Source: an uncultured Bacilli bacterium
Lineage (GTDB): Bacteria > Bacillota_I > Bacilli_A > RF39 > UBA660
Length of the DNA stretch: 64,000 bases
Assembly (NCBI GenBank): GCA_944331715.1
Contig: CALVIP010000001.1
Coordinates: 11,067 to 75,066, forward strand
Reading direction: 5' to 3'
In this document: piece by piece, positions 54,983 to 64,000 of the stretch
Position numbering within the stretch: position 1 is the first letter of the stretch
Layout: the number at the start of each line of letters is the position of its first letter
Made by a program: the position numbers and the translations under genes
The notes under the pieces: model-generated
The model's database searches: none
Told to the model about the DNA's origin: nothing
The model's input: the letters and a program-made list of their open reading frames with translations, nothing else

Positions 54983-56968
54983 CTAGCTATGTATAATGGT
55001 ATTAATTAATCTAAGTTTATTAGCATCATTCTCTTTATCTAGTAAGTATTCTAGGGAATCTTCTCTAGCTTGTAACAATATTTTGTAATCTGCTTTTAAA
55101 TCTGCTATCTTGAAAGTCATATCACCACTTTGTTTAGTTCCAAATAAATCTCCATGTCCTCTTAATTTAAAATCTTCTTCACTAATTTCAAAACCATCAT
55201 TAGTGTTTTCCATTATCTCAAGTCTTTTAGTATCGTTATCACTGATTAAAATACAACTAGACTGTAATTCACTTCTTCCTACTCTTCCTCTTAACTGATG
55301 AAGTGTAGAAAGGCCAAATCTTTCAGCATTAAATATTACCATCATCGTTGCATTAGGAACATCTACACCTACTTCGATAACGGTTGTACTAATTAGAATC
55401 TGTACTTTATTTTGTAAAAACTCGTTCATAATTAACTCTTTAGCAGCACTAGCCATTTTACCATGAACTAAATCTATTTTATATTTACTACCAAAAGCAA
55501 GAGTCATCTTTTCTTTTAAGTCATTTACATTAGTTAAATCACTATTTTCACTTTCTTCAATAAGTGGTGCGATAACATATATCTGATGACCTTGTTTTAA
55601 TTCTTCATACATCATTTCTAAGACATCTTTAATTTCTTTATTAGTCTTAACAACAGTTTTAATTTTCTTTCTACCCTTAGGTCTTGTCTTAATAGTAGAT
55701 ACATCCATATCTCCATAAATAGTTAAAGCATAAGTTCTTGGAATAGGTGTTGCACTCATATACAAAGTATCAGGCTTTTGCCCCTTATTCTGTAGATTAG
55801 CTCTTTGATTAACTCCAAATCTATGTTGTTCATCTGTAATAACTAAACCAAGATTATGATAAGTAACATCTTCTTGAATTAAGGCATGAGTTCCAACAAT
55901 TATATCAATATCACCATTTTTTAACTCTTCATAGATTAAATCTTTTTCCTTCTTAGGAGTTGAACCTGTAAGTAAAGCCATATTTAAGTTATAGTTAGCG
56001 AAGATATCTTTTAAATTACTAAAATGTTGTGTTGCAAGTATTTCAGTAGGTGCCATTAAAGCACTTTGATATCCACTTAAATAATTTGCATACATTGCTA
56101 TAAAAGAAACTATAGTCTTACCACTACCAACATCACCTTGTAGTAATCTATTCATTCTACTCTTACTCTTTAAATCTTTAATAATTGTATTAACAGCAGT
56201 TACTTGGTCTTTAGTAAGTTCATATGGAAGATGCGAAATAAATTCATTAACTTTCGATTCATCTATCTCACGCTCAATTCCACTATTCGCTTTCTTATTC
56301 TCTTCTTTTAAATAATTAATTTTAAACATAAACTCAAATAACTCTTCATATTTAAGTCTTATCATCGCTTCTTTTAATTTATCTTTACTAGGAGGATTAT
56401 GTACTATATTTAAAGCCATTCTCTTATTAGAAAAATTATACTTTTCTTGATACTTTAAAGGAATACTATCATGTATTTCTTTACTTTGACTAAGTAGTGC
56501 CATATTAATATATAAAGCCATATTTTTATTAGTCAAACCACTAGTTAAATGATAAACTGGCTCTATCTTTACTTTATTAGATAAAGACTCCATCTTTATT
56601 TCTGATGCTGTTATTACATTTTTAGGCTTATCAAATTTACCTATAACAGTAACAGTAGTACCAACAGTAAGTTGACTTTTTAAAAACGCTCTATTAAATA
56701 TTGATACTCCAACTACCCCACTAGCTGTTACAAGACGAAAATTCATCTTATTAAGTCCTGCCTTAAATCTAACTAATATAGGACTACTTTCTATCTTACC
56801 ATCTATAATTATATGATCTCCATCATTTGTCTCTTCTAAATTGCCTCTAACTAAAAATTCATATCTAAAAGGATAATGTGTAACTAAATCATCTACTGTA
56901 TTTATCCCTATCTTAGAAAGAAGTGTTAAAGCTCTAGGTCCTACACCTTTTATATCTTTTAATGCCAC
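54983..56968 (-). CDS. recG: ATP-dependent DNA helicase RecG
   Basis: 661 aa. Wedge/OB N-terminal region. GDVGSGKT, TDEQHRFG, QLRGRVGR. Confidence 0.9.
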   Translation of the reverse strand: MALKDIKGVGPRALTLLSKIGINTVDDLVTHYPFRYEFLVRGNLEETNDGDHIIIDGKIESSPILVRFKAGLNKMNFRLVTASGVVGVSIFNRAFLKSQLTVGTTVTVIGKFDKPKNVITASEIKMESLSNKVKIEPVYHLTSGLTNKNMALYINMALLSQSKEIHDSIPLKYQEKYNFSNKRMALNIVHNPPSKDKLKEAMIRLKYEELFEFMFKINYLKEENKKANSGIEREIDESKVNEFISHLPYELTKDQVTAVNTIIKDLKSKSRMNRLLQGDVGSGKTIVSFIAMYANYLSGYQSALMAPTEILATQHFSNLKDIFANYNLNMALLTGSTPKKEKDLIYEELKNGDIDIIVGTHALIQEDVTYHNLGLVITDEQHRFGVNQRANLQNKGQKPDTLYMSATPIPRTYALTIYGDMDVSTIKTRPKGRKKIKTVVKTNKEIKDVLEMMYEELKQGHQIYVIAPLIEESENSDLTNVNDLKEKMTLAFGSKYKIDLVHGKMASAAKELIMNEFLQNKVQILISTTVIEVGVDVPNATMMVIFNAERFGLSTLHQLRGRVGRSELQSSCILISDNDTKRLEIMENTNDGFEISEEDFKLRGHGDLFGTKQSGDMTFKIADLKADYKILLQAREDSLEYLLDKENDANKLRLINTIIHS

Positions 56969-57062
56969 TGTCTACCACCTCTTTTTCTGTCTCATATTAT
57001 AGCATAATTTTTAGAATTTTAAAAGAAAATAAATCATAAAATTTTAATAAAGGGAGGAATTT

Positions 57063-57791
57063 ATGAAAGTAATTGCAAATGGTGGTGCTTCTACTAAAAA
57101 CGTTGCTAATAATACATTAGATGCTATTTATTTAGGACTTAAAGCCCCATATATAGATGGCTTTAAATTTAAACTTTATTTAACTAAAGATAAAGAAATT
57201 ATTACTCTAAGTGATGATATAGTAGAACTTTATACTAAAGGTCTTAATGAAATAGATGATTATACTCTAAAAGACTTTTTACTTTTCAATGTAGGTAGTA
57301 AAGTTCAAAAACAACAAATAGTTACATTGAGACAAATTCTTTATATATTCCAAAATACTAATAAATATTTAATTTTAGAACTTGCCAATCAAAAAGAAAA
57401 TAATGCACTATTTACTGATTTAGTTTTAAATATGGTAAGAAGTTATTCTAATAGTATTAATATTTATTTAGAAAGTGAAAATGTAGAAATAGTAGAATAT
57501 TTAAAATCTACTGATAATTCTTATCCTATAGGTATTAGAGTAACTGAAGAAAGTACAGATAACTGGTATATAGATGTTGATTTTTATGATATTAATACTA
57601 CTCTTTTAGATGATTTTAATATAAGAGATAAGGTTAAAGAAAATAAACTTATTATGATAGATGAGGTTAATAGGATGGAAGTATTTGATTTAATCTATGC
57701 TGAATATCAAGATATATTTAATTTTATTTATATTATAACAAATCAAATTGCTAATATTAATAGTAGTGAACAAATACAAAACAGAAGCTAA
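57063..57791 (+). CDS. glycerophosphodiester-phosphodiesterase-like protein with degenerate catalytic residues
   Basis: VIANGGAS...ANNTLDA...ITLSDD occupies the positions of the GDPD motifs AHRGxS...ENTxxA...HD. The His/Arg/Glu residues are replaced. Confidence 0.5.
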   Translation: MKVIANGGASTKNVANNTLDAIYLGLKAPYIDGFKFKLYLTKDKEIITLSDDIVELYTKGLNEIDDYTLKDFLLFNVGSKVQKQQIVTLRQILYIFQNTNKYLILELANQKENNALFTDLVLNMVRSYSNSINIYLESENVEIVEYLKSTDNSYPIGIRVTEESTDNWYIDVDFYDINTTLLDDFNIRDKVKENKLIMIDEVNRMEVFDLIYAEYQDIFNFIYIITNQIANINSSEQIQNRS

Positions 57792-57949
57792 GGTTTAACT
57801 TCTGTTTTTATTAGCAATTTTTCCTATTTTAATTTGTGTTTAAATCAAATACTATCTAGTTTTTCTTATTCAAATGTCTCATATTTTTTATCTTCTACTT
57901 AAAGCAGAAACTTCTTAAAAAAAATAGTAAACTTTTTTCAAAAAAAGTG

Positions 57950-58095
57950 TTGACAAAATGACTTCAAATGATTATTATAAAAAGCACCAATTCGGAATTA
58001 GGCGAATTGGTCGCTAGTATCACACTAGCCAACCCCTTTTTATTCTTTTTTAAGAGACTGCCCTTCAGGGGGTGCAGTCTCTATTTTTATTTTTA
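57950..58095 (+). promoter_or_regulatory. promoter plus structured leader with an intrinsic terminator upstream of the collagen-like gene
   Basis: TTGACA (57950-57955), 17 nt, TATTAT (57973-57978). Hairpins CCAATTCG/CGAATTGG (57987-58010) and GCTAGT/ACTAGC (58013-58029). Terminator GAGACTGC...GCAGTCTC (58054-58081) plus a T run. ACCCCU (58032-58037) can pair with AGGGGU (58067-58073) as an alternative. Confidence 0.5.
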
Positions 58096-58140
58096 AGCAT
58101 GACAATAGTCAAGACAAAAGTAAATATACTTCATATTTTA

Positions 58141-58846
<706 letters not shown>

Positions 58847-58877
58847 CAAAAAGTTCACATCCTACGATGTGAGCTTT

Positions 58878-59588
58878 TTATTTTGCATTACCAAATCTTC
58901 TATCACGTTTTCTATAATTATCTAAAGATTCTTCTAAACACTTACTATCAAAATCAGGAAAATATGTATCTGGAAAATCATATTCAGCATAACTTGACTG
59001 ATAAATCATAAAATTACTTATTCTTTTCTCTCCACTAGTTCTAATAACAAAATCAAGTGGTGGTAAATCTTGATATAAATTTTTACTTACAACTTCTTTA
59101 GTAATATCTTCTATACTTAAAGAACCATCTAATACTTGTCTAACAATTTTCTTAGTCATATCAACTATCTCATAGTCACCACCATAGTTAAGACAAATAT
59201 TTAAAATGCCCTTAATATTATTTTTAGTATCATCTGTAGTCTTATCCATTGCCTCAAGTACACTCTTAGGAAGATTATCTCTTCTTCCAGAAAATACTAC
59301 TTTAACATTATTTTTCTTAATAGATTCTAATTTAGTATTAAATAATGTTACAAATAATTTCATTAAGTAATCTACTTCACACTTTTCTCTTTTAAAATTC
59401 TCAGTAGAAAAGGCATATAAAGAAACAACTTTAATAGAAGTATTATTATAAATATAATCAAGAAGATTAATAAGATTATCTGCACCCGCTTTATGTCCTG
59501 CACTTCTATTAAGTCCTTTTTCTTTTGCCCATCTACCATTTCCATCCATAATAATTCCCAAATGATTAGGATATACTACATCACTCAT
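58878..59588 (-). CDS. uppS: isoprenyl transferase (undecaprenyl-diphosphate synthase)
   Basis: HLGIIMDGNGRWAKEKGL...AFSTENFKR...IRTSGEKRISNF. Confidence 0.9.
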   Translation of the reverse strand: MSDVVYPNHLGIIMDGNGRWAKEKGLNRSAGHKAGADNLINLLDYIYNNTSIKVVSLYAFSTENFKREKCEVDYLMKLFVTLFNTKLESIKKNNVKVVFSGRRDNLPKSVLEAMDKTTDDTKNNIKGILNICLNYGGDYEIVDMTKKIVRQVLDGSLSIEDITKEVVSKNLYQDLPPLDFVIRTSGEKRISNFMIYQSSYAEYDFPDTYFPDFDSKCLEESLDNYRKRDRRFGNAK

Positions 59589-59590
59589 AA

Positions 59591-62500
59591 CTACTCCTTA
59601 TTTTTATTAGTTAAACTTTCATAGTATTCATAACTTTCTTTAGCATTATCTCCATTTTCTAGAAGTAAATCATCTGCTTCCTCACTATTTATAATTTTTA
59701 ATGATTTATATCTATCTTCTCCTGTTAAGTACTCTTGATATTTATTAAAGTCACTCTTTCCATCCATTTTAAACTCTTTAGTATCTGGATTATAATGGAA
59801 TATTGGGAAATATCCACTAAGCATAGCCTTTTTCTCTTCATCAATAGAGTTACTCATTCCTTTTAAAATACCCCAAGCGATACAAGGAGAGTATGCCACT
59901 ATTATACTTGGTCCATTATATTTTTCAGCTTCTAGCATTACTTTAACTGTAGCGGCAGGGTTTGCGCCAAGAGATATTGCACCTACATAGACATTAGGAT
60001 TAGTTAAAGCAATTTTCAAAAGATCTTTTTTAGCAGTCTTTTTACCTGATGAAGCAAATTTTGCAACAGCTCCCATTCTACTAGATTTACTTGCCTGTCC
60101 TCCTGTATTAGAATAAACTTCTGTATCAAGTACTAAGATATTAACATTTTCTCCACTGTTTAAGACATGGTCAATTCCATTATAGCCAATGTCATAAGCC
60201 CAGCCATCTCCTCCTACAGCCCATAAAGAAATAGGCATAATATATTTCTTTAGAGATTTTAAAGGCTTAATCTTAGTATGAGGAATAACAGAAAGTAAAG
60301 CTTTAGCAGTATCTACATTAATATCATTAACATAGTCTAAATAGATATCTTTTTCTTCTTCATCTACTTTAGAAATATTTTCATTTATTATATTCTTTAA
60401 CTGTTGTTTTTTTACCTCGTCAGCTATTTTCATACCAAAACCAAATTCAGCATTATCTTCAAATAAAGAATTAGCCCAAGGAACACTATATGGAGTAGAT
60501 GGACTAGATGCACCATATATTGACGAACAACCTGTAGCATTTGCAATTACAAGTCTGTCTCCAAATAGTTGTGTTAAAAGTTTTAAGTACGGAGTCTCAC
60601 CACAACCAGCACATGCTCCACTAAACTCAAATCTAGGTCTCTTAAACTGACTACCTTTAACAGTACTAACAGAGATTACATCTTTTTCAGATACCTCATT
60701 AAATAAGTATTCAGACTCTTTTAAAGTAATATCATTAACAATTTTTTCTTTACTTACCATCTCTAAGGCTTTAGCACCCTTCTTACCAGGACAAATATTA
60801 GCACATAAGCCACAGCCAGTACAATCTTTATAACTAACGGCAATTGTAAATTTTAAGTTATCGCCTAAATGACTATCAAGTAGTTTATCATTTAAACTAT
60901 TAGGAGCTTTCTCTACTTCTTCTTTATCTAGTAATATTGGTCTTATAACAGCATGAGGACAAACTAGGGAACATAAGTTACAACTAATACAGTTTTCACT
61001 GATTATTTTAGGAACAACTTCACTTATATCACGTTTTTCAAGACGAGAAAGTCCTCCATCAACAGTACCATCAGGTCTATCTAAGAAAGCACTAACAGGA
61101 AGTGTATCACCTTCACGTTTATCGATTATATCAAATAGACTAGAACTAACTTCACTCACCTTTACATAGTCATCACTATTTTCATCTATCTTAAGTAAAT
61201 GAGTTGTATTAATAGCATTATCAACAGCATTCTTATTTTTCTCTGCTAGATTATTTCCTTTAAGCTTAAATCTATCATCAAGATTATCCTTTAACTTCTT
61301 AATTGCATAATCACTATCAAGAATATGACCAAATTTAAAGATTAAAGCTTCCATAATTGCACTTATTTTATTACCAAGTCCTTCTTTCTTAGCAACTTTA
61401 TAAGCATTAGTTACATAAACTTTAATATTATTATCTAAAATATATTTCTTATCTTCACTACTTATCATTGAAAGAATCTCATCATCAGTCTTACTACTAT
61501 TAAGAAGGAATACTCCATTCTTTTTTATTTTATTAATAAATCTAAATTTAGTAAGATAAGCATCTTGTGTACAAACTAATAATTTAGCTTTACCAACATA
61601 ATAAGTAGATCTAATAGGAGTCTTAGAAAATCTTAAATGACTAAGAGTAACACCACCTGATTTTTTAGAGTCATATTGGAAATACCCTTGAACATAAGCA
61701 TCAGTAGAGTCTCCTGTTATCTTCATTAAATCTTTACAAGCGGAAACCATTCCATCACTACCATAACCATAAACAAGAAATGATGTTTGGCCTCTATGAG
61801 GTAAATTAAAGTTTTTATCATAAGGAATACTTAAATTAGTAACATCATCTTCTATTCCAATAGTAAAATTATGATTAAGCATCTCTAAATTATCATATAT
61901 CGCTTTTATCATAGATGGAGTAGTATCTTTACTAGATAAACCATATCTACCACCTACTACTTTAATATCACTACCTAATGATTTAATAATGTTATCTACA
62001 TCAAGAAATAGTGGTTCTCCTGTACTTCCAGCTTCTTTAGTTCTATCAAGTACTGCAATCATTTTAACAGTCTTAGGAATACTCTTTAAGAAATATTCTC
62101 TTGAGAAAGGTCTATACAAATGTACTTCTACTACACCAACTTTTTCGCTCGTTTCATTTAGATAATCTACTGTTTCCTTAATAGTCTCACAAACACTACC
62201 CATGGCAACTATTACTTTAGTAGCATCTCTTCTACCATAATAGTTAAATGGTGCATAGTTTCTTCCTGTTATTTTATTAACCTCCTGCATATACTCGTTA
62301 ACAATATCAGGTAGTTCTAAATAATATTTATTTCTAACTTCTGTCGCTTGGAAATATATATCATCATTTTCACTAGTCCCTCTAGTTACAGGGTTATCTG
62401 GATGAAGACTTCTCTTACGAAAAGCATCAAGAGCTTTCTTATCAATTAGTTTTTTTAATTTATCAGTATCAATAACATCTATTTTCTGTAACTCATGACT

Positions 62501-63019
62501 TGTTCTAAACCCATCAAAGAAGTTCATAAAAGGAACTCTACCTTTAATAGCAGATAGATGAGCAACTCCAGTTAAATCCATTACTTCTTGAACAGATGAA
62601 GAAGCAAGTATTGCAAAACCCGTACTTCTAGCAGCATATACATCTTGATGATCCCCAAAAATTGATAAAGCATGAGTTGCAAGACTTCTTGCAGCCACAT
62701 TAATAACACAAGGAAGTAATTCCCCTGCTATTTTATACATATTAGGTATCATTAATAAAAGGCCCTGGCTAGCTGTATAAGTAGTAGTTAAACATCCCGC
62801 TTGAAGTGAACCATGAACCATACCAGCAGCCCCTGCTTCACTTTCCATTTCTACTACTTTAACAGGTTGATTAAAGTAATTAAGTTTCCCTTCATTTGCC
62901 CATTTATCAGTAAGTTCCGCCATAGGAGATGCAGGAGTTATTGGATAAATACCTGCTACTTCTGTAAAATTATATGAAACATAACTACAAGCTTCATTTC
63001 CATCCATTATTTTTTTCAT
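59591..63019 (-). CDS. nifJ: pyruvate:ferredoxin (flavodoxin) oxidoreductase
   Basis: 1142 aa. Two 4Fe-4S motifs, CISCNLCSLVCP and CTGCGLCANICP. TPP-binding GGDGWAYDIG. Confidence 0.9.
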   Translation of the reverse strand: MKKIMDGNEACSYVSYNFTEVAGIYPITPASPMAELTDKWANEGKLNYFNQPVKVVEMESEAGAAGMVHGSLQAGCLTTTYTASQGLLLMIPNMYKIAGELLPCVINVAARSLATHALSIFGDHQDVYAARSTGFAILASSSVQEVMDLTGVAHLSAIKGRVPFMNFFDGFRTSHELQKIDVIDTDKLKKLIDKKALDAFRKRSLHPDNPVTRGTSENDDIYFQATEVRNKYYLELPDIVNEYMQEVNKITGRNYAPFNYYGRRDATKVIVAMGSVCETIKETVDYLNETSEKVGVVEVHLYRPFSREYFLKSIPKTVKMIAVLDRTKEAGSTGEPLFLDVDNIIKSLGSDIKVVGGRYGLSSKDTTPSMIKAIYDNLEMLNHNFTIGIEDDVTNLSIPYDKNFNLPHRGQTSFLVYGYGSDGMVSACKDLMKITGDSTDAYVQGYFQYDSKKSGGVTLSHLRFSKTPIRSTYYVGKAKLLVCTQDAYLTKFRFINKIKKNGVFLLNSSKTDDEILSMISSEDKKYILDNNIKVYVTNAYKVAKKEGLGNKISAIMEALIFKFGHILDSDYAIKKLKDNLDDRFKLKGNNLAEKNKNAVDNAINTTHLLKIDENSDDYVKVSEVSSSLFDIIDKREGDTLPVSAFLDRPDGTVDGGLSRLEKRDISEVVPKIISENCISCNLCSLVCPHAVIRPILLDKEEVEKAPNSLNDKLLDSHLGDNLKFTIAVSYKDCTGCGLCANICPGKKGAKALEMVSKEKIVNDITLKESEYLFNEVSEKDVISVSTVKGSQFKRPRFEFSGACAGCGETPYLKLLTQLFGDRLVIANATGCSSIYGASSPSTPYSVPWANSLFEDNAEFGFGMKIADEVKKQQLKNIINENISKVDEEEKDIYLDYVNDINVDTAKALLSVIPHTKIKPLKSLKKYIMPISLWAVGGDGWAYDIGYNGIDHVLNSGENVNILVLDTEVYSNTGGQASKSSRMGAVAKFASSGKKTAKKDLLKIALTNPNVYVGAISLGANPAATVKVMLEAEKYNGPSIIVAYSPCIAWGILKGMSNSIDEEKKAMLSGYFPIFHYNPDTKEFKMDGKSDFNKYQEYLTGEDRYKSLKIINSEEADDLLLENGDNAKESYEYYESLTNKNKE

Positions 63020-63130
63020 ATATTATCATCACTCTTTTCTATAGTTCTAATTTAATTATATAATAAAATTATGTTTTTATCTATCTATTTAGAAAAAATT
63101 ATGTTACAATGTATATATGAAGAGATTCTT

Positions 63131-63179
63131 CATAAAATAAAAAATGAGGAACATTTATTTTTGCACGTGAATGTCCCTC
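63131..63179 (-). terminator. rho-independent terminator between ORF 63431..63658 and nifJ
   Basis: Minus strand GAGGGACAUU-13nt-AAUGUUCCUC (9/10 bp), followed by AUUUUUUAUUUU. Confidence 0.55.
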
Positions 63180-63430
63180 CAATGTTTTAATTGGTTAAAG
63201 CACTCTCAATGCTATTGATGAGTGTCTATTTTATTTTGAAGGTTAGAACTAAGAAAGCAAGACTAAATAAAATAACAGGTATGAGCTTTAGCACTTTTAT
63301 AATAAAAGTCTTTGTTTTCATGCCTTTTTCTCCTTTCCTATAGAATAGGAGGCGACACCCACATAAATGTTCCTACATATAGAGTATCACATTAATTTCT
63401 GCATAACAAGAAAAATATGTAATAAATTAG

Positions 63431-63658
63431 TTACGAATTTTCGTAACTATTAACTAAATCATCACCATAATATTTAGAAATATAAGTTGCTCTTAATATC
63501 TTAGAGTCTATTGGTTTAAACAAAACCGCTTCTCCTATTTTATCATCAAAATCTTCTAAAAAATCATGCCTAAAATATAAATATAACTTATCATCACTTC
63601 CTAAAATATAGCCACTACTACTATTTATTTTTTGATAGATTTTCCCAACTAATTCCAT
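63431..63658 (-). CDS. hypothetical protein (75 aa)
   Basis: ORF track. SD GAGGAGG upstream, inside the preceding ORF. Confidence 0.45.
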   Translation of the reverse strand: MELVGKIYQKINSSSGYILGSDDKLYLYFRHDFLEDFDDKIGEAVLFKPIDSKILRATYISKYYGDDLVNSYENS

Positions 63659-64000
63659 ATTCTTCCTCCTCTTTTTCCATGTTTTCTATTAATAAAGGAG
63701 CTTGTGATAAATGTTTAATATAATCTTTTTTAGCCCTTTCATCAAATGGTAATAAATTAGCTAAAATATTATATTGATCATCTATCGCAACATACCAATC
63801 TTTATTTCCTACTATATATTTAAAGGTATTAACATCAATAGTCTTAAAATTTCTTTTTTCTTTATTTTTTCTACTAGTAGGAATATTTTTATAATCAATA
63901 GCAGAATAAGCGATAGAATTAACTATTAATGATAATCTTTCTTTATCATATTCTTTATCAATATTAAATTCATAATCTTCTTTTCTTGCCTGATAAAACT
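63621..64000 (-). CDS. hypothetical protein, N-terminus beyond the window
   Basis: Own translation of the minus strand: ...FYQARKEDYEFNIDKEYDKERLSLIVNSIAYSAIDYKNIP...APLLIENMEKEEEEYGISWENLSKNK then a stop (TAG 63623-63621). Overlaps the next ORF by 38 nt. Confidence 0.45.
   Translation of the reverse strand, partial: FYQARKEDYEFNIDKEYDKERLSLIVNSIAYSAIDYKNIPTSRKNKEKRNFKTIDVNTFKYIVGNKDWYVAIDDQYNILANLLPFDERAKKDYIKHLSQAPLLIENMEKEEEEYGISWENLSKNK

Noticed and set aside
54849-54986. 45-codon TTG-initiated ORF behind the AGGGGG of the recG terminator module.
   Set aside because: The SD-like G run is part of the repeated terminator motif. The ORF overlaps the recG stop and its product has no features.
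57985-58095. c-di-GMP-I/II or preQ1 riboswitch upstream of the collagen-like gene.
   Set aside because: I could not find the conserved cores as I remember them (GCACGCAAAGC-type for class I, GCAACCGACC-type for class II, or the A-rich preQ1 tail). I keep it only as a generic attenuator candidate.
63226-63320. Apparent ~30-codon ORF with a strong SD (AAGGAG) upstream of nifJ.
   Set aside because: On careful re-reading the frame is ATG AAA ACA AAG ACT TTT ATA TAA, so it stops after 7 codons. My first reading mis-transcribed one base. A 7-aa leader peptide is possible but unsupported.

Overview
AT-rich (by eye about 25-30% G+C, not computed) Bacillota-type chromosomal segment using the standard genetic code, with nearly all genes on the minus strand. 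I saw no rRNA, tRNA or CRISPR array.

Left 32 kb: mixed housekeeping and accessory genes. These are a partial HipA-like kinase, a TetR-controlled heterodimeric ABC exporter, murC, a decayed ISAs1 plus glycosyltransferase locus, several ABC systems, ybaK, an ABC-F ATPase, an MFS transporter, a Fic/ASCH/NUDIX/PUA-like cluster, XRE regulators and rarA.

Between rarA (31.99 kb) and recG (54.98 kb) lies a ~22.6 kb accessory/defence island, in this order:
- an orphan promoter plus candidate structured RNA (32.27-32.52 kb)
- AAA ATPase + divergent RloB/Toprim-like pair (AbiL-like)
- VOC, nitroreductase, and an Ogt-Tag fusion translationally coupled to ToxN
- a complete type III toxin-antitoxin locus: about 3.3 tandem ~36-nt RNA repeats, a terminator, then ToxN/AbiQ
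- a two-gene operon encoding an AEP PrimPol-SF2 helicase fusion (785 aa) plus a 502-aa helical protein
- a canonical AAA + RloB (AbiL-like) pair
- an orphan zeta-toxin-like kinase
- a ~9.5 kb decayed integrative element. It has att-like repeats, a 1203-aa membrane-inserted KAP/YobI-like NTPase, a MazG / UDG-superfamily / P-loop / S51 cassette, an XRE switch region, and a RepA-like ATPase. An IS5/Harbinger-type IS sits next to a truncated tyrosine integrase.

Right 9 kb: recG, a catalytically degenerate GDPD-like protein, a collagen-like BclA-type protein behind a terminator-containing leader, uppS and nifJ.

Best candidates for new biology are the PrimPol-helicase + 502-aa operon, the nucleotide/base-directed cassette plus KAP NTPase on the integrative element, and the unexplained RNA-like regions at 32.3 kb and 6.7-6.9 kb. 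All functional calls rest on motif recognition by eye. No database search was possible.
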